This document shows positions 1 through 9,148 of a stretch of DNA of 64,000 bases, piece after piece. A program made the translations under genes and the position numbers. Source of the stretch: Oscillospiraceae bacterium (lineage in GTDB: Bacteria > Bacillota > Clostridia > Oscillospirales > Oscillospiraceae); assembly GCA_017552325.1 (NCBI GenBank), contig JAFZQE010000037.1, forward strand, positions 4,926 through 68,925, written 5' to 3'. Position 1 is the stretch's first letter; each line of letters opens with the position of its first letter. Under the pieces are notes generated by a model that saw only the letters and a program-made list of their open reading frames with translations, made no database searches and had not been told where the DNA came from.

Positions 1-1
1 C

Positions 2-1255
2 GTCAACAGCGACATCACCGTCGGCGCGATGAAGAACGTCGCCATCGAGGACCTGCTCGGCCGCGAGCCGATCCGCACGGACATGGAGGATGTGCTGCAG
101 TTCGTGCGCGGCAAGTGCGTGCTCGTCACGGGCGGCGGCGGCTCGATCGGCAGCGAGATCTGCCGACAGGTCGCGTCCCACGGCCCGAGCAGGCTGATCA
201 TCTTCGACATCTACGAAAACAACGCCTACGACATCCAGCTCGAGCTGCGCGACCGCTATCCGAAGCTCGACCTGCTCGTGCTGATCGGCTCGGTGCGCGA
301 CAGCCGCCGCCTCGATCAGATCTTCTCCCTGTATCACCCCGATCTGGTCTATCACGCCGCGGCGCACAAGCATGTGCCTCTGATGGAGGACAGCCCCTGC
401 GAGTCGATCAAGAACAACGTCATCGGCACCTACAAGACCGCCTACGCCGCGATGGTGCACGGCTGCAGCCGCTTCGTGCTGATCAGCACCGACAAGGCGG
501 TCAATCCGACCAACATCATGGGCGCCTCCAAGCGCCTGTGCGAGATGGTCGTCCAGACCTTCGACCGGAAGATCCGCGATGGCCGCGCCTGCGACATCCC
601 GTCTCTCTATACCCACTGGGAGGGCGAGGGCGAGGAGCTGCGCCGCCTGCCCGGGGAGGTCCATACCGAGTATGTGGCCGTCCGCTTCGGCAACGTCCTG
701 GGCAGCAACGGCTCGGTCGTGCCGCTCTTTAAAAAGCAGATCGAGCGCGGCGGACCCGTCACGGTCACGCATCCCGACGTCATCCGCTATTTCATGACAG
801 TGCCCGAGGCGGTCAGTCTCGTTCTGCAGGCCGGCGTTTATGCCCGCGGCGGCGAGATCTTCGTTCTCGACATGGGCAGCCCCGTCAAGATCGACACCCT
901 GGCCCGCAACCTCATCAAGCTCTCCGGCTTCAAGCCCGACGTCGATATCCCGATCGAGTACACCGGCCTGCGCCCGGGCGAAAAGCTCTACGAGGAAAAG
1001 CTGATGGCCGAGGAGGGCCTCGAAAAGACGAAGAACAAGCTGATCCACATCGGCCATCCCGTCGCCTTCGACAACGACCGCTTCCTGCGGCAGATCTCCG
1101 TGCTGATGGACGCCGCCTATGCCAACCGCGACGATATCCGCGAGCTGGTGATGAGCATGGTCTCCACCTATCACCCCGCCGGCCGGCACGGCCAGGAGAA
1201 GAAGGACGAGACCTACGACCGTCTCGCCGTCGACGCCGAGACCGTGAAGTCTTAA
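2..1255 (+). CDS. CapD/PglF/WbpM-family polysaccharide biosynthesis protein (NDP-sugar 4,6-dehydratase); 5' end lies outside the window
   Basis: Frame is open to the window edge. Rossmann motif VLVTGGGGSIGSEICRQV plus YHAAAHKHVPLME and VRFGNVLGSNGSV blocks typical of the family. Confidence 0.85.
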   Translation, partial: VNSDITVGAMKNVAIEDLLGREPIRTDMEDVLQFVRGKCVLVTGGGGSIGSEICRQVASHGPSRLIIFDIYENNAYDIQLELRDRYPKLDLLVLIGSVRDSRRLDQIFSLYHPDLVYHAAAHKHVPLMEDSPCESIKNNVIGTYKTAYAAMVHGCSRFVLISTDKAVNPTNIMGASKRLCEMVVQTFDRKIRDGRACDIPSLYTHWEGEGEELRRLPGEVHTEYVAVRFGNVLGSNGSVVPLFKKQIERGGPVTVTHPDVIRYFMTVPEAVSLVLQAGVYARGGEIFVLDMGSPVKIDTLARNLIKLSGFKPDVDIPIEYTGLRPGEKLYEEKLMAEEGLEKTKNKLIHIGHPVAFDNDRFLRQISVLMDAAYANRDDIRELVMSMVSTYHPAGRHGQEKKDETYDRLAVDAETVKS

Positions 1256-1292
1256 AACTGCGGTTTTTTCGCCGGTTTCCTCTGATTTCCTG

Positions 1293-1321
1293 TTGACAGC
1301 GGATGGCTTGACAGGTATAAT
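1293..1321 (+). promoter_or_regulatory. Consensus sigma-A type promoter (TTGACA-17-TATAAT)
   Basis: TTGACA at 1293-1298, 17-nt spacer, TATAAT at 1316-1321, about 70 nt upstream of ATG 1394. Confidence 0.7.
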
Positions 1322-1393
1322 ATGTGATTGTAATTGGTAAGAGTATCTCTGACCGGGTTTTCCGGTATTTCTGACAAGAAAGGAATCATAACA

Positions 1394-1606
1394 ATGAAAA
1401 GAGTGCTTGCTTTTCTTGCGGTCCTGCTTCTGATCGTCTGCCTGTCCGCCGGCGCCTTCGCCGACAACGACAGCAATCCCGGCGGCGAGGAGCCCACTCC
1501 GCCCGTCGCGCCGACCACCGGATATACGATCGCGCTTGCCGCTCTCGGCCTGGCTGCCGTCGGCGGCGGAACGGTCTTTGCCGTCACGCGCAAAAAATCC
1601 AAATAA
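1394..1606 (+). CDS. 70-aa secreted micro-protein with a C-terminal sortase sorting signal
   Basis: ATG 1394 follows an AAAGGA ribosome-binding site (the track ORF starts at TTG 1334). Signal peptide MKRVLAFLAVLLLIVCLSAGAFA, then an APTTG motif, the hydrophobic stretch YTIALAALGLAAVGGGTVFAV and the basic tail TRKKSK. Confidence 0.7.
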   Translation: MKRVLAFLAVLLLIVCLSAGAFADNDSNPGGEEPTPPVAPTTGYTIALAALGLAAVGGGTVFAVTRKKSK

Positions 1607-1634
1607 GGATCATATCTACAGATCAAACAAATCA

Positions 1635-1668
1635 ACGGGGCTTGCTGGAAAGACGGCCCCGTTTTTTT
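1635..1668 (+). terminator. Intrinsic terminator/attenuator between the micro-substrate gene and the sortase gene
   Basis: Stem ACGGGGC (1635-1641) pairs with GCCCCGT (1656-1662), followed by a T7 run. Confidence 0.7.
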
Positions 1669-1686
1669 GACCTTTGAGAGAAGAAC

Positions 1687-2523
1687 ATGAAGAAAAAGAT
1701 CTATCGCGTCATCAGCATCGTCAGCCTGGTCGTAATGGCCGGCGCTATCCTGAGTCTGCTGTACACCTTTTATCTCTATCAGAAATCGAATAAAGAATAT
1801 CTTGCCCTGTCCCGGGCGGCCCATATCCGGACGCAGAGCGAGCAGGCTCCCGAGCCCGCGCAGGAAAAGGCGGAGCCGCAGCAGGGGGAGGAGCCCGAAC
1901 AGGCGGAAGCCGCGGAGCTGCACGCCGTGAACCCGATCGACTTCGCGTACCTGAAATCGGTCAACCAGGACATCGTCGGCTGGGTCGAGGTCGAGGGCAC
2001 GCCGATCGACTACCCGGTCCTCTTTGACGATTCGAATTTCGTCTATTATCTCAACCACAATCACGCCGGCGCCTATACGCCCTACGGGGCCGTTTTCATG
2101 CTCGGCTACAACACGCCGGACTTCTCGGATTTCAACACGGTCATCTACGGGCACAACATCGTCGACGGCAGCATGTTCGGCGCGCTGCACGACTTCGAGG
2201 ATCAGGAATTCTTCGACAAAAACAAGCTGATCCTTGTCTACACGCCGGAGAGGCGGCTCGTCTATCAGATCTTCGCCGCCTACCGGACGGACAACCTCGA
2301 CCAGGTGCAGAATTTCGACTTCGAGACCCCGGAGGGACGGCAGGAGTACATCGACCGGATCTACACCCATGACGTCCGGGCGATCTTAGATCCGGAAATC
2401 ACCGTCACGCCGGACGACCGGATCATCACGCTGTCCACCTGCATCGCCAACTACGCCTACCGTTATCTGGTGCAGGGCGTGCTGATCTCGGACGAGGAGG
2501 CGCTTTCGATCGCCGCGCCGTAA
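1687..2523 (+). CDS. srtB: Class B sortase
   Basis: N-terminal TM segment, GWVEVEGTPIDYPV, VIYGHN, catalytic TLSTC and a downstream conserved Arg (RYLVQG). Confidence 0.85.
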   Translation: MKKKIYRVISIVSLVVMAGAILSLLYTFYLYQKSNKEYLALSRAAHIRTQSEQAPEPAQEKAEPQQGEEPEQAEAAELHAVNPIDFAYLKSVNQDIVGWVEVEGTPIDYPVLFDDSNFVYYLNHNHAGAYTPYGAVFMLGYNTPDFSDFNTVIYGHNIVDGSMFGALHDFEDQEFFDKNKLILVYTPERRLVYQIFAAYRTDNLDQVQNFDFETPEGRQEYIDRIYTHDVRAILDPEITVTPDDRIITLSTCIANYAYRYLVQGVLISDEEALSIAAP

Positions 2524-2553
2524 ACGGAGCGAATCTGCTACGGAGGAAGACAC

Positions 2554-3750
2554 GTGGAAGCTCACGAGGAAAAGATACCGACTGCGGAACAGACGATAAA
2601 ACCGAAAAAGAAAAAAAAGAAAAAGCGCGGCTCGACGCAGAAGACCGTGGCGATCGTCCTGGCCTCACTGGCGGGGCTGCTGGTGCTGGCCGCCGTGGGC
2701 GCCTGGGGCTTTCTGAAGTATACCAGCAAGCTGCGCGAGGGCATGTTCAGCGACCGCTCCTCGAGCGAGATGCAGTCGATCCGCGAGCAGCGGCAGAAGG
2801 CGGGCGGGCAGAAGACGGAAGAATCGGGCGAACAGGCGGAGACCCCGCGGCAGACGCTGAAGAGGACGGACGACGAGCTGGCCGAAGCGGACTGGATCGA
2901 CGAGGAGGGCAATGCCTACCGCTACCGCGACGACGTGCTGACGATCCTGATCATGGGCATCGACAACATGAGCGATCCCTCGCTCTGGGCGGAGGGCATC
3001 GTCTCCAACGGCGGCAACGCGGACGTGATCGCCCTGGTCACGCTGAACACGGTCACGAAGGAGTTCTCGATCCTCTACATCCCGCGCGACACGATGGCAG
3101 AGCTGCTGATGCTCGACCCGGAGGGCAATTACCTCGACACGGTCTACAACAACATCTCCGCCTCCCACAGCTACGGCGACGGCGGAGCGCTCAGCTGCGA
3201 GCTGACGGCCGAGGCCGTGAGCAATCTGCTCTTCGGCGTGCCGATCCAGCGCTATGCCGCGCTGAACATGGAGTCGCTCCCCGTCGTCAACCAGCTCCTC
3301 GGCGGCCTGGAGGTCACTTTCCCCGACGACTACTCCTGGCTTGACTATTCCTTCCAGAAGGGAGCCACGGTCAGGCTGACGGACCGGCAGCTCAACCGCC
3401 TGATCCGCTACCGCGACAAATCCGAGGTGGAGGGCGCCAATCAGCGCGGTCTGCGCGATCTGAAGCTGGTCCTCAACGCGATGCTTCGCCAGGTGAAGGG
3501 AATGATCCGGCAGGTCCCCGGCTCCGCGCTGACGCTGTACCGCAAGCTGGAGCCCCAGCTGACGACCAATCTCTCCGTCGACGAGGTCAGCTACCTGATC
3601 CAGATGATCGATCATTTCCGCATCGACGACAAGACGGTCGTCAGCCTGAGCGGCACGACCCGGAAGGGCGAGAAGTACGCGGAGTTCTATCCCGACGAGG
3701 ACTGGCTGCGCGATTACGTCATTGAAAATTACTGCATCAAGCTGAACTGA
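2554..3750 (+). CDS. LytR-CpsA-Psr (LCP) family glycopolymer phosphotransferase
   Basis: GTG start behind GGAGGAAGA. Lys-rich cytoplasmic tail plus a TM segment. LCP core motifs ILIMGIDN, NADVIALVTLN and ILYIPRDT. Confidence 0.85.
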   Translation: MEAHEEKIPTAEQTIKPKKKKKKKRGSTQKTVAIVLASLAGLLVLAAVGAWGFLKYTSKLREGMFSDRSSSEMQSIREQRQKAGGQKTEESGEQAETPRQTLKRTDDELAEADWIDEEGNAYRYRDDVLTILIMGIDNMSDPSLWAEGIVSNGGNADVIALVTLNTVTKEFSILYIPRDTMAELLMLDPEGNYLDTVYNNISASHSYGDGGALSCELTAEAVSNLLFGVPIQRYAALNMESLPVVNQLLGGLEVTFPDDYSWLDYSFQKGATVRLTDRQLNRLIRYRDKSEVEGANQRGLRDLKLVLNAMLRQVKGMIRQVPGSALTLYRKLEPQLTTNLSVDEVSYLIQMIDHFRIDDKTVVSLSGTTRKGEKYAEFYPDEDWLRDYVIENYCIKLN

Positions 3751-3769
3751 ACAGAGTCAAAAGCAAACG

Positions 3770-3807
3770 AAACGGCAGGAACGCCCCGTGTGTTCCTGCC
3801 GTTTCTT
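3770..3807 (+). terminator. Intrinsic terminator after the LCP gene
   Basis: 13-bp stem AAACGGCAGGAAC (3770-3782) / GTTCCTGCCGTTT (3792-3804) with a T-rich tail. Confidence 0.7.
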
Positions 3808-3837
3808 GTGGAAAGCGCCGAAGAAAAGAGGGGAGAC

Positions 3838-3866
3838 TTGCATTATCGAAAAAGATGCGTTATACT
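3838..3866 (+). promoter_or_regulatory. Promoter candidate for the topoisomerase operon (TTGCAT-17-TATACT)
   Basis: TTGCAT at 3838-3843, 17-nt spacer, TATACT at 3861-3866. Confidence 0.55.
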
Positions 3867-3932
3867 ATATAGGCTAAAATAGACGGATTATGTCACGAAA
3901 TCACTACAAGATATGGTAAAAGGGTAACATTT

Positions 3933-5927
3933 ATGACAAAAAGCAGCGTATCCTACGGCAACGACAGCATCTCCCAGCTCAAGGGCGCCGACCGCGTCCG
4001 CAAGCGCCCGGGCGTCATCTTCGGCTCGGACGGGCTGGACGGCTGCGAGCACGCCGTGTTCGAGATCCTCTCCAACGCGATCGACGAGGCCCGCGAGGGC
4101 TACGGCGATCAGATCACGCTGACCGCCTACGAGGACGGCTCGATCGAGGTGGAGGACTTCGGCCGCGGCTGCCCGCTGGACTGGAACCCGAACGAGAAGC
4201 GCTTCAACTGGGAGCTGGTCTTCTGCGAGCTCTACGCCGGCGGCAAGTATCAGAACGCCGACGGGGGAGATTACGAATATTCCCTGGGCCTCAACGGACT
4301 GGGCTCCTGCGCCACGCAGTACGCGTCCGCCTACATGGACGTAACGGTCTGGCGCGACGGGAACCGTTACGACCTGCACTTCAAAAAGGGCAAGGTCGTC
4401 GGCAAGAAGGGCCAGGAGCTGCAGATCCAGCCCGCCGACCGCAAAAAGACCGGCACGACGATCCGGTGGCTGCCCGACCGCGAGGTCTTCACCGAGACCG
4501 ACATCCCGGCCGACTGGTTCCGCGACACGCTGCGCAAGCAGGCGGTCGTGAACGCGGGCGTGCATTTCCGGCTCCGCCTGCCGAAGGGGAAGCTCTTCAC
4601 GACCGAGGAGTTCTGCTACGAAAACGGCATCAAAGACTATGTGGCCGAGATCGCCGGAGAATGCGCGCTGACCGCCCCGGTCTTCATCCAGGCCGAGCGC
4701 CGCGGCCGCGACCGCGAGGACAAGCCCGAGTACAAGGTGCGCCTGTCGGCCGCCTTCTGCTTCTCCAACCGCGTGACCGCGCTGGAATACTACCACAACT
4801 CCTCCTGGCTCGAAAACGGCGGCGCGCCGGACAAGGCCGTCAAAAGCGCCTTCGTCTCCGCGATCGACGCCTATATCAAGAAGCTCGGCAAGTATCAGAA
4901 GAACGAGACGGCCATCAAGTTCCAGGACGTGCAGGACTGCCTCGTGCTGGTGACGAACTGCTTCTCCACGCAGACCTCCTACGAGAACCAGACCAAGAAG
5001 GCCATCAACAACCGCTTCATCCAGCAGGCGATGACCGAGTTCTTCAAGGAGCGGCTCGAGGTCTATTTCATCGAAAACAAGCCCGAGGCCGACCGCATCG
5101 CCGACCAGGTGCTGGTCAACAAGCGCAGCCGCGAGACGGCCGAGCGCGCCCGCCAGGGCATGAAAAAGAAGCTCTCCGGCTCGATCGACATCGCCAACCG
5201 CGTGCAGAAGTTCGTCGACTGCCGCAGCCGCGACCCGGAGAAGCGCGAGATCTACATCGTCGAGGGCGACTCGGCGCTCGGCTCCTGCAAGCTCTCGCGC
5301 GACGCGGAGTTCCAGGGCATCATGCCGGTGCGCGGCAAGATCCTCAACTGCCTGAAGGCCGACGTCGTGCGCATCTTCAAGAGCGAGGTCATCACGGACC
5401 TCCTCAAGGTGCTCGGCTGCGGCGTCGAGGTGAAGGACAAGCACACCAAGGACCTGCAGAGCTTCGACCTGGACAGTCTCCGCTGGAGCAAGGTCATCAT
5501 CTGCACCGACGCCGACGTTGACGGCTATCACATCCGCACCCTGATCCTGACGATGCTCTACCGCCTGGTGCCGACGCTGATCCGCGAGGGCTTTGTGTAC
5601 ATCGCGGAGTCGCCGCTCTACGAGATCGAGAGCAAGGGCAAGACCTACTTTGCCTACTCCGACCGCGAAAAGGCGGAGATCCTCGGCAAGCTCGGCGGCG
5701 CGAAGGCGACGATCAGCCGCAGCAAGGGCCTGGGCGAGAACGACCCGGACATGATGTGGATGACGACGATGAACCCGGCCACCCGGCGGCTGATCAAGGT
5801 CATGCCGGAGGACGCCGAGCGCATGGCAGCGGTCTTCGAGCTACTGCTGGGCGACGATCTGAACGGCCGCAAGGACCACATCGCCGAGTTCGGCAGCCGG
5901 TACCTCGACCTGGCGGACATTTCGTAA
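3933..5927 (+). CDS. Type IIA DNA topoisomerase subunit B (ParE/GyrB family)
   Basis: GHKL ATPase N-box EILSNAIDEA, Toprim motif IVEGDSALGS, PVRGKILN and DADVDGYHI. Confidence 0.9.
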   Translation: MTKSSVSYGNDSISQLKGADRVRKRPGVIFGSDGLDGCEHAVFEILSNAIDEAREGYGDQITLTAYEDGSIEVEDFGRGCPLDWNPNEKRFNWELVFCELYAGGKYQNADGGDYEYSLGLNGLGSCATQYASAYMDVTVWRDGNRYDLHFKKGKVVGKKGQELQIQPADRKKTGTTIRWLPDREVFTETDIPADWFRDTLRKQAVVNAGVHFRLRLPKGKLFTTEEFCYENGIKDYVAEIAGECALTAPVFIQAERRGRDREDKPEYKVRLSAAFCFSNRVTALEYYHNSSWLENGGAPDKAVKSAFVSAIDAYIKKLGKYQKNETAIKFQDVQDCLVLVTNCFSTQTSYENQTKKAINNRFIQQAMTEFFKERLEVYFIENKPEADRIADQVLVNKRSRETAERARQGMKKKLSGSIDIANRVQKFVDCRSRDPEKREIYIVEGDSALGSCKLSRDAEFQGIMPVRGKILNCLKADVVRIFKSEVITDLLKVLGCGVEVKDKHTKDLQSFDLDSLRWSKVIICTDADVDGYHIRTLILTMLYRLVPTLIREGFVYIAESPLYEIESKGKTYFAYSDREKAEILGKLGGAKATISRSKGLGENDPDMMWMTTMNPATRRLIKVMPEDAERMAAVFELLLGDDLNGRKDHIAEFGSRYLDLADIS

Positions 5928-5930
5928 TTT

Positions 5931-5997
5931 GAGTGCTTAGTCATTTACCTGATTACGCGTTTCCAAGCACTAAGCACTATGCACTAAGCACTGCACT
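5931..5997. repeat. Heptamer-periodic TGCTTAG/CTAAGCA repeat cluster in the intergenic spacer
   Basis: TGCTTAG at 5934-5940 (+). CTAAGCA / CTATGCA / CTAAGCA at 5970-5990, which reads TGCTTAG TGCATAG TGCTTAG on the minus strand. The 10-nt AGTGCTTAGT (5932-5941) is complementary to 5969-5978 and to 5983-5992. Confidence 0.85.
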
Positions 5998-6010
5998 CCC
6001 GGAGGGAACC

Positions 6011-8251
6011 ATGCCTAAAAAGAAAGAACCCGAACAGAAAAAATACGACAACCCCAAGGTCGTGGGGCTGCGCGCCGCGGTCGTGGAGCAGCCGATCACC
6101 GAGACGCTCGAGACGAACTTCATGCCCTACGCCATGTCGGTCATCGTCTCGCGCGCGATCCCGGAGATCGACGGCTTCAAGCCCTCGCACCGCAAGCTCC
6201 TGTACACGATGTACAAGATGGGGCTCCTGGGCGGGGCACGCACGAAGAGCGCCAACATCGTCGGCCAGACGATGCGCCTCAACCCGCACGGAGACGCGGC
6301 CATCTATGAGACAATGGTGCGCCTGTCCGCGGGCTACGAGGCCCTGCTCACGCCCTTTGTCGATTCGAAGGGCAATTTCGGCAAGGTCTATTCGCGCGAC
6401 ATGAGCTACGCTGCCTCGCGCTATACCGAGGCGCGGCTCGCGCCGATCTGCGCGGAGATCTTCCGCGACATCGACCGCGACACCGTGGACTTTGTCGACA
6501 ACTACGACGGCAGCATGAAGGAGCCGAGCCTCCTGCCCACGGCCTTCCCGAACGTCCTGGTCTCGGCCAACACCGGCATCGCCGCCGGCATGGCCAGCTC
6601 CATCTGCGGCTTCAACCTCGGCGAGGTCTGCGAGACGGCGATCCAGTATCTGAAGGATCCCGCCTGCGACCTGATGACGACGCTGCCCGCGCCCGATTTC
6701 CCGACCGGAGGCGAGATCGTCTACGACCGGCGCGAGATGGAGAATATCTACCTGAGCGGCCGCGGCAGCTTCAGGATCCGCGCCCGCTGGCGCTTCCTGC
6801 CGAAAGAGAACATCGTCGAGATCTTTGAGATCCCTTACACCACCAGCTCCGAGGCGATCATCGACAAGGTGGCCGAGCTCATCAAGGCCGGGAAGGTGCG
6901 CGAGATCAACGACATGCGTGACGAGACCGACCTGAGCGGCCTGCGCCTTGCGATCGACCTCAAGCGCGGCGTCGACCCGGAGAAGCTGATGCAGAAGCTC
7001 TTCAAGCTGACCACGCTGCAGGACGCCTTCGCCTGCAACTTCAACATTCTCGTTGCCGGGAGCCCCCGCGTGATGGGTCTGCGCGAGATCCTTGAGGAGT
7101 GGACGGCCTGGCGCATGGAGTCGATCCGCCGCCGTGTCTACCACGAGCTGCAGAAGAAGAAGGAGAAGCTCCATCTGCTGCAGGGCCTCGGAAGGATCCT
7201 GCTCGACATCGACAAGGCCATCGCGATCATCCGCGGGACCGAGCTCGAGAGCGAGGTCGTGCCCAACCTGATGATGGGCTTCGGCATCGATCAGGAGCAG
7301 GCGGAATTTGTCGCGGAGATCAAGCTGCGCAACATCAACCGCGAATACATCCTCAAGCGCACGGCCGAGACCGAGGAGCTGGAGGCCGCGATCGAGGACC
7401 TGGAGGCCACGCTCCAGAGCCGCCGCCGCATCAAGGGCATCATCACCGACGAGCTGCGGCAGATCATCAGGAAGTACCCCAGCCCGCGCCGTTCGCAGAT
7501 CGTCTATGCCGACGAGATCGAGGAATTCGACGAGGAGCAGGCCGTGCCGGACTACCCGGTGTCGCTGTTTCTGTCGCACGGAGGCTATCTGAAAAAGATC
7601 ACCGCGCAGAGCCTGCGCATGAGCGGCGAGCAGAAATTCAAGGACGGCGACGGGCTGCGGCTCAGCTTCGAGGCCTCCAACCGCGGCGAGCTGCTGATCC
7701 TCACCGACCGGCAGCAGATGTACAAGGTGCGCATCGCGGAGCTGGAGGAGACGAAGGCCTCCGCGCTCGGCCTCTATCTGCCGACGCGGCTGGAGATGGA
7801 CGAGGGCGAGAGCGTTTTCACCGTGCTCGATCCCGGCGACTACCGCGGCGAGCTGCTGTTCTTCTTTGAAAACGGCAAGGCTGCGCGCGTGCCGCTCTCG
7901 GCCTACGAGACCAAGACCCGGCGCAAAAAGCTGATCGGCGCCTGCTCGGACAAGAGCCCGGTCGCGGCGCTGTTGCTGCTGCGCGAGGAGCAGGACGTCC
8001 TCTGCCGCTCGAGCGACGGGCGCGCGCTGATTTTCCACAGCTCGCTGCTGCAGCCGAAGACCAGCCGCACGACCCAGGGCGTCGGCGTGATGGCGCTCAA
8101 AAAGGGCCGGAAGCTCGAGGACGCCGCGTATCTCTCCGACGACCCGATCAAAAACGTCTCCCGCTACCGGGTGCGTACGCTGCCCGCGGCGGGCGCGCTC
8201 CTTCGCCCGGAAGACCGCGGCGAGGAGCAGATGAGCCTGATGGAGGAATAA
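6011..8251 (+). CDS. Type IIA DNA topoisomerase subunit A (ParC/GyrA family)
   Basis: ATG 6011 follows GGAGGGAACC (the track ORF starts at GTG 5933). AMSVIVSRAIPEIDGFKPSHRKLLY, with the active-site Tyr in AASRYTEARL. Confidence 0.9.
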   Translation: MPKKKEPEQKKYDNPKVVGLRAAVVEQPITETLETNFMPYAMSVIVSRAIPEIDGFKPSHRKLLYTMYKMGLLGGARTKSANIVGQTMRLNPHGDAAIYETMVRLSAGYEALLTPFVDSKGNFGKVYSRDMSYAASRYTEARLAPICAEIFRDIDRDTVDFVDNYDGSMKEPSLLPTAFPNVLVSANTGIAAGMASSICGFNLGEVCETAIQYLKDPACDLMTTLPAPDFPTGGEIVYDRREMENIYLSGRGSFRIRARWRFLPKENIVEIFEIPYTTSSEAIIDKVAELIKAGKVREINDMRDETDLSGLRLAIDLKRGVDPEKLMQKLFKLTTLQDAFACNFNILVAGSPRVMGLREILEEWTAWRMESIRRRVYHELQKKKEKLHLLQGLGRILLDIDKAIAIIRGTELESEVVPNLMMGFGIDQEQAEFVAEIKLRNINREYILKRTAETEELEAAIEDLEATLQSRRRIKGIITDELRQIIRKYPSPRRSQIVYADEIEEFDEEQAVPDYPVSLFLSHGGYLKKITAQSLRMSGEQKFKDGDGLRLSFEASNRGELLILTDRQQMYKVRIAELEETKASALGLYLPTRLEMDEGESVFTVLDPGDYRGELLFFFENGKAARVPLSAYETKTRRKKLIGACSDKSPVAALLLLREEQDVLCRSSDGRALIFHSSLLQPKTSRTTQGVGVMALKKGRKLEDAAYLSDDPIKNVSRYRVRTLPAAGALLRPEDRGEEQMSLMEE

Positions 8252-8254
8252 GTG

Positions 8255-9148
8255 ATGGGCAAACTCAAATCATGGCAGAAGAGTCCTGCCCTGCGCCAGA
8301 TCAAAAAGTACGTGTTGATCGTGCTCGGCTGTGCGATATACGGCTTCGGTTTCCAGTTCTTCTGCTTTCCGAACCAGATCATCAGCGGCGGCGTGATGGG
8401 CATCGCGATGATCGTCAACGCCGTGAGCGGGCTGCCCGTCGGCGTGCTGACGATCCTGATGAACGTGCCGCTGTTCCTCGTGGCCTGGAAGCACTTCGGC
8501 CTCGATTTCCTGATTGGCTCGCTGGTCGGCATGCTGCTGATGAGCGTGTTCGTCGACCTGCTCGCCATCTCGGGTTATGCGGCCACGCAGGACCCGATGC
8601 TCGGCGCGGTGATCGGCGGCGTGCTCAAGGGCGCGGGCATGGGGCTCGTGTTCTGTACCGGCGCGACCACCGGCGGCATGGATATCGTCGTCAAGTTTCT
8701 TCGCCGCCGCTATAACCACATCAATTTCGGCACGCTGATGCTCGTCATCGACGTGAGCGTAATCACCCTTTACGCGCTGATCCTCCCCGAGCACAACTAC
8801 GAGGCCGCCATGTACTCGCTGATCGCGATGTTCGTTTCGACCAAGGTGATCGACCTGCTGCTCTACGGCCTCGACAACTCCAGCATCTGCTATATCATCA
8901 GCGCGAAAAGCGAGGCGCTGATCGCCGAGATCACCTCCGGCCACATGCACCGCGGCGTGACGGTGCTGGAAGGGGAGGGCGCTTACTCCCACGCCAAAAA
9001 GCAGGTCATCATGTGCGTCGTCAAGCGCAACCAGATCCCGGAGATCCGCCGCCTGGTGCGCAGCATCGACGATCAGGCCTTCGTCATCATGACTGACGCG
9101 AAAAACGTGTTCGGCAACGGCTTCGGCAATATCGCGGAGGTGCGCTGA
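8255..9148 (+). CDS. YitT-family membrane protein (DUF2179 C-terminal domain)
   Basis: Multi-TM N-terminal part plus the C-terminal HRGVTVLEGEGAYS...VVKRNQIPEIRRLV block. ATG 8255 lies 6 nt after GGAGGAA (an alternative GTG is at 8252). Confidence 0.75.
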   Translation: MGKLKSWQKSPALRQIKKYVLIVLGCAIYGFGFQFFCFPNQIISGGVMGIAMIVNAVSGLPVGVLTILMNVPLFLVAWKHFGLDFLIGSLVGMLLMSVFVDLLAISGYAATQDPMLGAVIGGVLKGAGMGLVFCTGATTGGMDIVVKFLRRRYNHINFGTLMLVIDVSVITLYALILPEHNYEAAMYSLIAMFVSTKVIDLLLYGLDNSSICYIISAKSEALIAEITSGHMHRGVTVLEGEGAYSHAKKQVIMCVVKRNQIPEIRRLVRSIDDQAFVIMTDAKNVFGNGFGNIAEVR

